Below, one piece after another: positions 8,426-11,653 of a stretch of DNA of 11,653 nt (its first letter is position 1; each line of letters starts with the position of its first letter). The notes beneath the pieces were generated by a model. It saw only the letters and a program-made list of their open reading frames with translations. It was not told the DNA's origin and searched no databases. Source of the DNA: an uncultured Chloroflexia bacterium (GTDB lineage Bacteria; Chloroflexota; Limnocylindria; Limnocylindrales; CSP1-4); NCBI GenBank assembly GCA_963833225.1, contig CAWHXD010000004.1, positions 1 to 11,653 of the forward strand, written 5' to 3'. Position numbers and translations under genes: made by a program.

Positions 8426-8454
8426 GTCACCACCCGCTCGCTCAGACCGGTCAC
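8422..8454 (-). other. 10-codon mini-ORF MTGLSERVVT* bridging the menC stop and the menE start
   Basis: GTG 8454 overlaps the menC TGA (8453-8451), and its own TGA (8424-8422) overlaps the menE GTG (8425): GTGA at both ends. Translation is unproven. Confidence 0.45.
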
Positions 8455-9593
8455 CGGATGGCCCCGATCGTCTCGACCTGGTAGCGGTCCACCGCCCGCT
8501 CATCGAGCCGGATCCCCAGCCCGCCGGGCGACGGCTCCGAGGGAAGGCGCATCCGCCCGTCGGTCACCGGCAGCCCGTCGAGGAGGAGGTCGTGCTCGAG
8601 CAGCCCGGCGGTCGCCAGCCCGTGATCCGGGGCGGTCGGCCACACGCGGGACGCGCCCGGGTCACCGGCTGCTCCATCGGGCAGCGCCGCCGCCTGTGCC
8701 AGCGCCGCCGCGATCCCGATCCCGGTCTCGAACAATGTGCTCAGCACGATCGGCACGCCCCGGGCGGCCGCCATGGCCGCGATCTCCGCGACGACGGCCG
8801 GTCCGCCCACGCGCGCCGGCTTGACCACCAGGACGTCGACGGCGTCGGCCTCGAGCAGCTCGCGGGCAGCGCGGAGCGAGACCACCGTCTCGTCGGCTGC
8901 GACGGGCACCTGAACCCGTCGCCGGAGCTCGGCGAGGGCCTGGGCATCGTCACCCGCCAGCGGCTGCTCGACGTACTCGAGCCCGAACCGCGCGACGCCG
9001 GTGAGCCGCTCGGCCGCGGTGGCCGGATCCCAGGCGCCGTTCGCGTCCAGTCGGAGGTGGACGTCCGCTCCGACCGCGTCCCGGACCGCCCCCACCCGCT
9101 CCGCGAGCACCTGGGTCTCGCGCTCGGCGCCGACCTTGAGCTTGAGCGTCCGGAAACCGGCGGCCACGGCCTGGCGCGCGGCCTCCGCCGACGCCGCCGG
9201 CCCCAGCGCCGGGAGGGTCGCGTTGACACCGATCCCCGGGCCACCCGCAGCGAGCCGGGGTGCCGGCGATCCCACGAGATCGAACAACGCCGCGTGCAGC
9301 GCCGCGCACAGCGCCCGTCCCGGCCGCCCGTGACCCTCAAGCTCCTGGGCCGATGGCAGCGTCCCGCCCTCGGCCAGCCCCACTGCCTCGCGGATGAGCA
9401 GGCTGAGCACGGTCGAGGCCACCTCGCCGTCCTGCGGCTCGAGCACCGCCTCGCCGACACCCGTCCGCCCATCCCGATCGACGAGCCGGAGCAGCCACGC
9501 TTCCCGCTCGACCCACATCCCGGTACCGGTGGCAAACGGTCGCCGGAACGGCACCGCCACCCGGTCCGCACGGAGCGAAGCGATCCGTGTCAT
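8451..9593 (-). CDS. menC: o-succinylbenzoate synthase (enolase superfamily), 380 aa
   Basis: KLKVG, RLDANGAW, YVEQP, ADET and VVKP catalytic/metal motifs; men context. Start ATG 9593 (MTRIASL) overlaps the menA stop as ATGA. Confidence 0.9.
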   Translation of the reverse strand: MTRIASLRADRVAVPFRRPFATGTGMWVEREAWLLRLVDRDGRTGVGEAVLEPQDGEVASTVLSLLIREAVGLAEGGTLPSAQELEGHGRPGRALCAALHAALFDLVGSPAPRLAAGGPGIGVNATLPALGPAASAEAARQAVAAGFRTLKLKVGAERETQVLAERVGAVRDAVGADVHLRLDANGAWDPATAAERLTGVARFGLEYVEQPLAGDDAQALAELRRRVQVPVAADETVVSLRAARELLEADAVDVLVVKPARVGGPAVVAEIAAMAAARGVPIVLSTLFETGIGIAAALAQAAALPDGAAGDPGASRVWPTAPDHGLATAGLLEHDLLLDGLPVTDGRMRLPSEPSPGGLGIRLDERAVDRYQVETIGAIR

Positions 9594-10501
9594 GCGGGAC
9601 CACCCACGGCAAGACCGGCGGCAAACAGCACGGCGAACGCGAGCGACAGCCGTGCCGTGCCCTTGAGCACCGGGTTGAGCTCGCGCGGCTCCTCGAACGC
9701 ACGCACCGTGCGCAGCAGCGGCCAGGCGAGCGGGAGCGCCGCGAGCGGCGCCAGGGTCCACGGCGACCGACCGGCGATCAACAGCCCGACCGGGACCGCG
9801 AACGCCGCCACCAGCAGCACGGCGTACTCGACCTGGGTCCCCTTCGCGCCCAGCATCACGGCCAGCGTCCGCTTGCCGGCCGCTCGGTCGGTGGGGATGT
9901 CGCGCAGGTTGTTGACCACGAGGATCGCGGTGATCAGCGCGCCGGCGGGGATCGCGGCCGCGACGAACAGGGGCTCGAGGCGGAGGACCTGGAGGTAGGC
10001 CGTGCCGACCACCGCCACCAGTCCGAAGAACACGAACACGAACACCTCGCCCAGCCCGTGATACCCGTAGGGCAGCGGGCCTCCGGTGTAGGCGAGCGCC
10101 GCCACGACCGCCAGCACGCCCAGACCGATCAGGACCGGGCCGCCGACGATGGCCAGCCACACGCCGATGACCCCGGCCGCGCCGACGGTCAGCCCGATCG
10201 CCACCTCGAGCTGGCGTTCGGTCACCAGGCCGGCCGCGGCAACCCGGACCGGACCCGACCGCTGCGGCGTGTCGGCACCCCGCCGGAAGTCGGACAGGTC
10301 GTTGGCGAAGTTGGCCACCACCTGGAGCAGCAGCGCGACGGCCACGCAGCCGAGCGCTGTGTCGGCCCGCAGCCGGCCACCCGCGCCGAGCGCCGCCCCG
10401 ACCCCCACCACGACCCCGGTGAGGGCCGCGGGCAGGGTTGCCGGGCGGGCAGCGAGGAGCCAGATGCGGATGGGCGAGGGCCGGGTCGCGAGGGCGGTCA
10501 C
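9590..10501 (-). CDS. menA: 1,4-dihydroxy-2-naphthoate polyprenyltransferase (UbiA family), 303 aa
   Basis: WLLAARPATL, Asp-rich NFANDLSDFRRGAD and NNLRDIPTDRAAGKRTLA, YTGGPLPYGY and multiple TM helices. Confidence 0.95.
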   Translation of the reverse strand: MTALATRPSPIRIWLLAARPATLPAALTGVVVGVGAALGAGGRLRADTALGCVAVALLLQVVANFANDLSDFRRGADTPQRSGPVRVAAAGLVTERQLEVAIGLTVGAAGVIGVWLAIVGGPVLIGLGVLAVVAALAYTGGPLPYGYHGLGEVFVFVFFGLVAVVGTAYLQVLRLEPLFVAAAIPAGALITAILVVNNLRDIPTDRAAGKRTLAVMLGAKGTQVEYAVLLVAAFAVPVGLLIAGRSPWTLAPLAALPLAWPLLRTVRAFEEPRELNPVLKGTARLSLAFAVLFAAGLAVGGPA

Positions 10502-10503
10502 GG

Positions 10504-11343
10504 TCAGGGCCGCCGCGGGTACTTGGCGTAGTCGGCCGGCTGCTTCTCGAGGAACGCCCGGGAGCCCTCATGGGCCTCGTCGGTCGTGTAATAGAGCCCG
10601 GTCGCGTTGCCCGCGAACTCCTGGAGCCCTGCCAGCCCGTCGGTGGCGACCAGGAACGCCGACTTGAGGAACCGGATCGCGGTCGGGCTCATCTGGAGGA
10701 TCTCGTTCGCCCACTGCACACCCTCGGCCTCGAGGTCGGCGAGCGGGACGACCCTGTTCACGAGGTGCATGTCGAGCGCCTCCTGCGCCGAGTACTGGCG
10801 GCACAGGAACCAGATCTCCTTCGCCTTCTTGTCGCCCACCAGCCGCGCGAGGAGCCCGACCCCGAACCCGGCGTCGAAGCTGCCGACGCGGGGGCCCACC
10901 TGTCCGAACACCGCGTTGTCCGACGCGATCGTCATGTCGCACACCACGTGGAGCACGTGTCCGCCGCCGATGGCGTAGCCATTCACCAGGGCGATCACCG
11001 GGATCGGCAGCGACCGGATCTGCCGCTGGAGATCGAGCACGTTGAGGCGAGCGATGCCGTCCTCGCCAACGTAGCCACCCGAGTGGCTCTTGTAGCGCTG
11101 GTCGCCGCCCGAGCAGAACGCCTTGTCGCCCTCGCCGGTGAGCAGGACACAGCCGATCGTGGCGTCGTCACGGATCCGGGCGAAGGCGTCGATCAGCTCC
11201 CGCACGGTCTGCGGACGGAAGGCGTTGCGAACTTCGGGCCGGTTGATCGTGACCCTGGCGATGCCGGTGCCGGAGTGCTCGTACCGGATGTCGCGGTAGT
11301 CGACGACGGACGACCAGGTGACGGGCGTGGTGGAGTCAGTCAT
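10504..11343 (-). CDS. menB: 1,4-dihydroxy-2-naphthoyl-CoA synthase, 279 aa
   Basis: [53 protein letters not shown] and EIWFLCRQY are MenB signatures. Confidence 0.98.
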   Translation of the reverse strand: MTDSTTPVTWSSVVDYRDIRYEHSGTGIARVTINRPEVRNAFRPQTVRELIDAFARIRDDATIGCVLLTGEGDKAFCSGGDQRYKSHSGGYVGEDGIARLNVLDLQRQIRSLPIPVIALVNGYAIGGGHVLHVVCDMTIASDNAVFGQVGPRVGSFDAGFGVGLLARLVGDKKAKEIWFLCRQYSAQEALDMHLVNRVVPLADLEAEGVQWANEILQMSPTAIRFLKSAFLVATDGLAGLQEFAGNATGLYYTTDEAHEGSRAFLEKQPADYAKYPRRP

Positions 11344-11653
11344 GCGGCGGGCACCTCCTGGAGGAAGTCGAGCACGAGACGGCGAAACGTGGCGGGCGCC
11401 TCGCGATGCGCGGCGTGGCCGGCACCGTCGAGGATCGCGAGGCGGGCGCGTGGCATGCGGGTCGCGATCTCGCGGGCCCGTTCGAGGCCGACCACGTCGA
11501 GGGCGCCGCCGATCACGAGGGCCGGGGCGCCGATCTCCGCGAGGCGGTCGTGAAGCGGCGCCATCGCGCCCTGGCCGGCTCCACGGAGCGATCGCGCGAG
11601 CCCCTCGGGCTGGTTGCGGAGGCGCATGGCGCGGAACCGGGCGCGAGTCGGAG
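11340..11653 (-). CDS. menH: 3' part of SHCHC synthase (alpha/beta-hydrolase), truncated at the window edge
   Basis: [28 protein letters not shown] resembles the MenH cap region, followed by GALD (acid) and GHAAHRE (His). The stop overlaps the menB ATG. Confidence 0.82.
   Translation of the reverse strand, partial: PTRARFRAMRLRNQPEGLARSLRGAGQGAMAPLHDRLAEIGAPALVIGGALDVVGLERAREIATRMPRARLAILDGAGHAAHREAPATFRRLVLDFLQEVPAA

Noticed and set aside
9594-10571. N-terminal extension of the 706-aa menC ORF, and the similar extensions of the permease, MFS and menG ORFs
   Set aside because: The extensions overlap upstream genes in another frame and are Arg/Gly/Pro-rich; coupled or promoter-proximal starts explain the real genes.

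Overview
GC-rich bacterial DNA with almost all genes on the minus strand. From right to left: a classical (o-succinylbenzoate) menaquinone cluster, menH (5'-truncated) - menB - menA - menC - menE fused to an extra alpha/beta-hydrolase domain - menG/ubiE; then an MFS transporter and a three-gene ABC-2 exporter (NodI-like ATPase plus two NodJ-like permeases). A single plus-strand gene (556-1254) interrupts this run. It encodes an XRE-type HTH fused to a PD-(D/E)XK-like nuclease domain and is bracketed by a 39/78-bp tandem array plus a hairpin-rich spacer on the left and a 9-bp G-tract array on the right. A further minus-strand gene probably starts near 91 and runs off the left edge. The most notable points are the repeat-bracketed HTH-nuclease cassette, the MenE-hydrolase fusion alongside a separate menH, two tiny ORFs that overlap both the upstream stop and the downstream start, and short tandem duplications concentrated at gene ends. 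All functional calls come from motif recognition only; no database searches were run.
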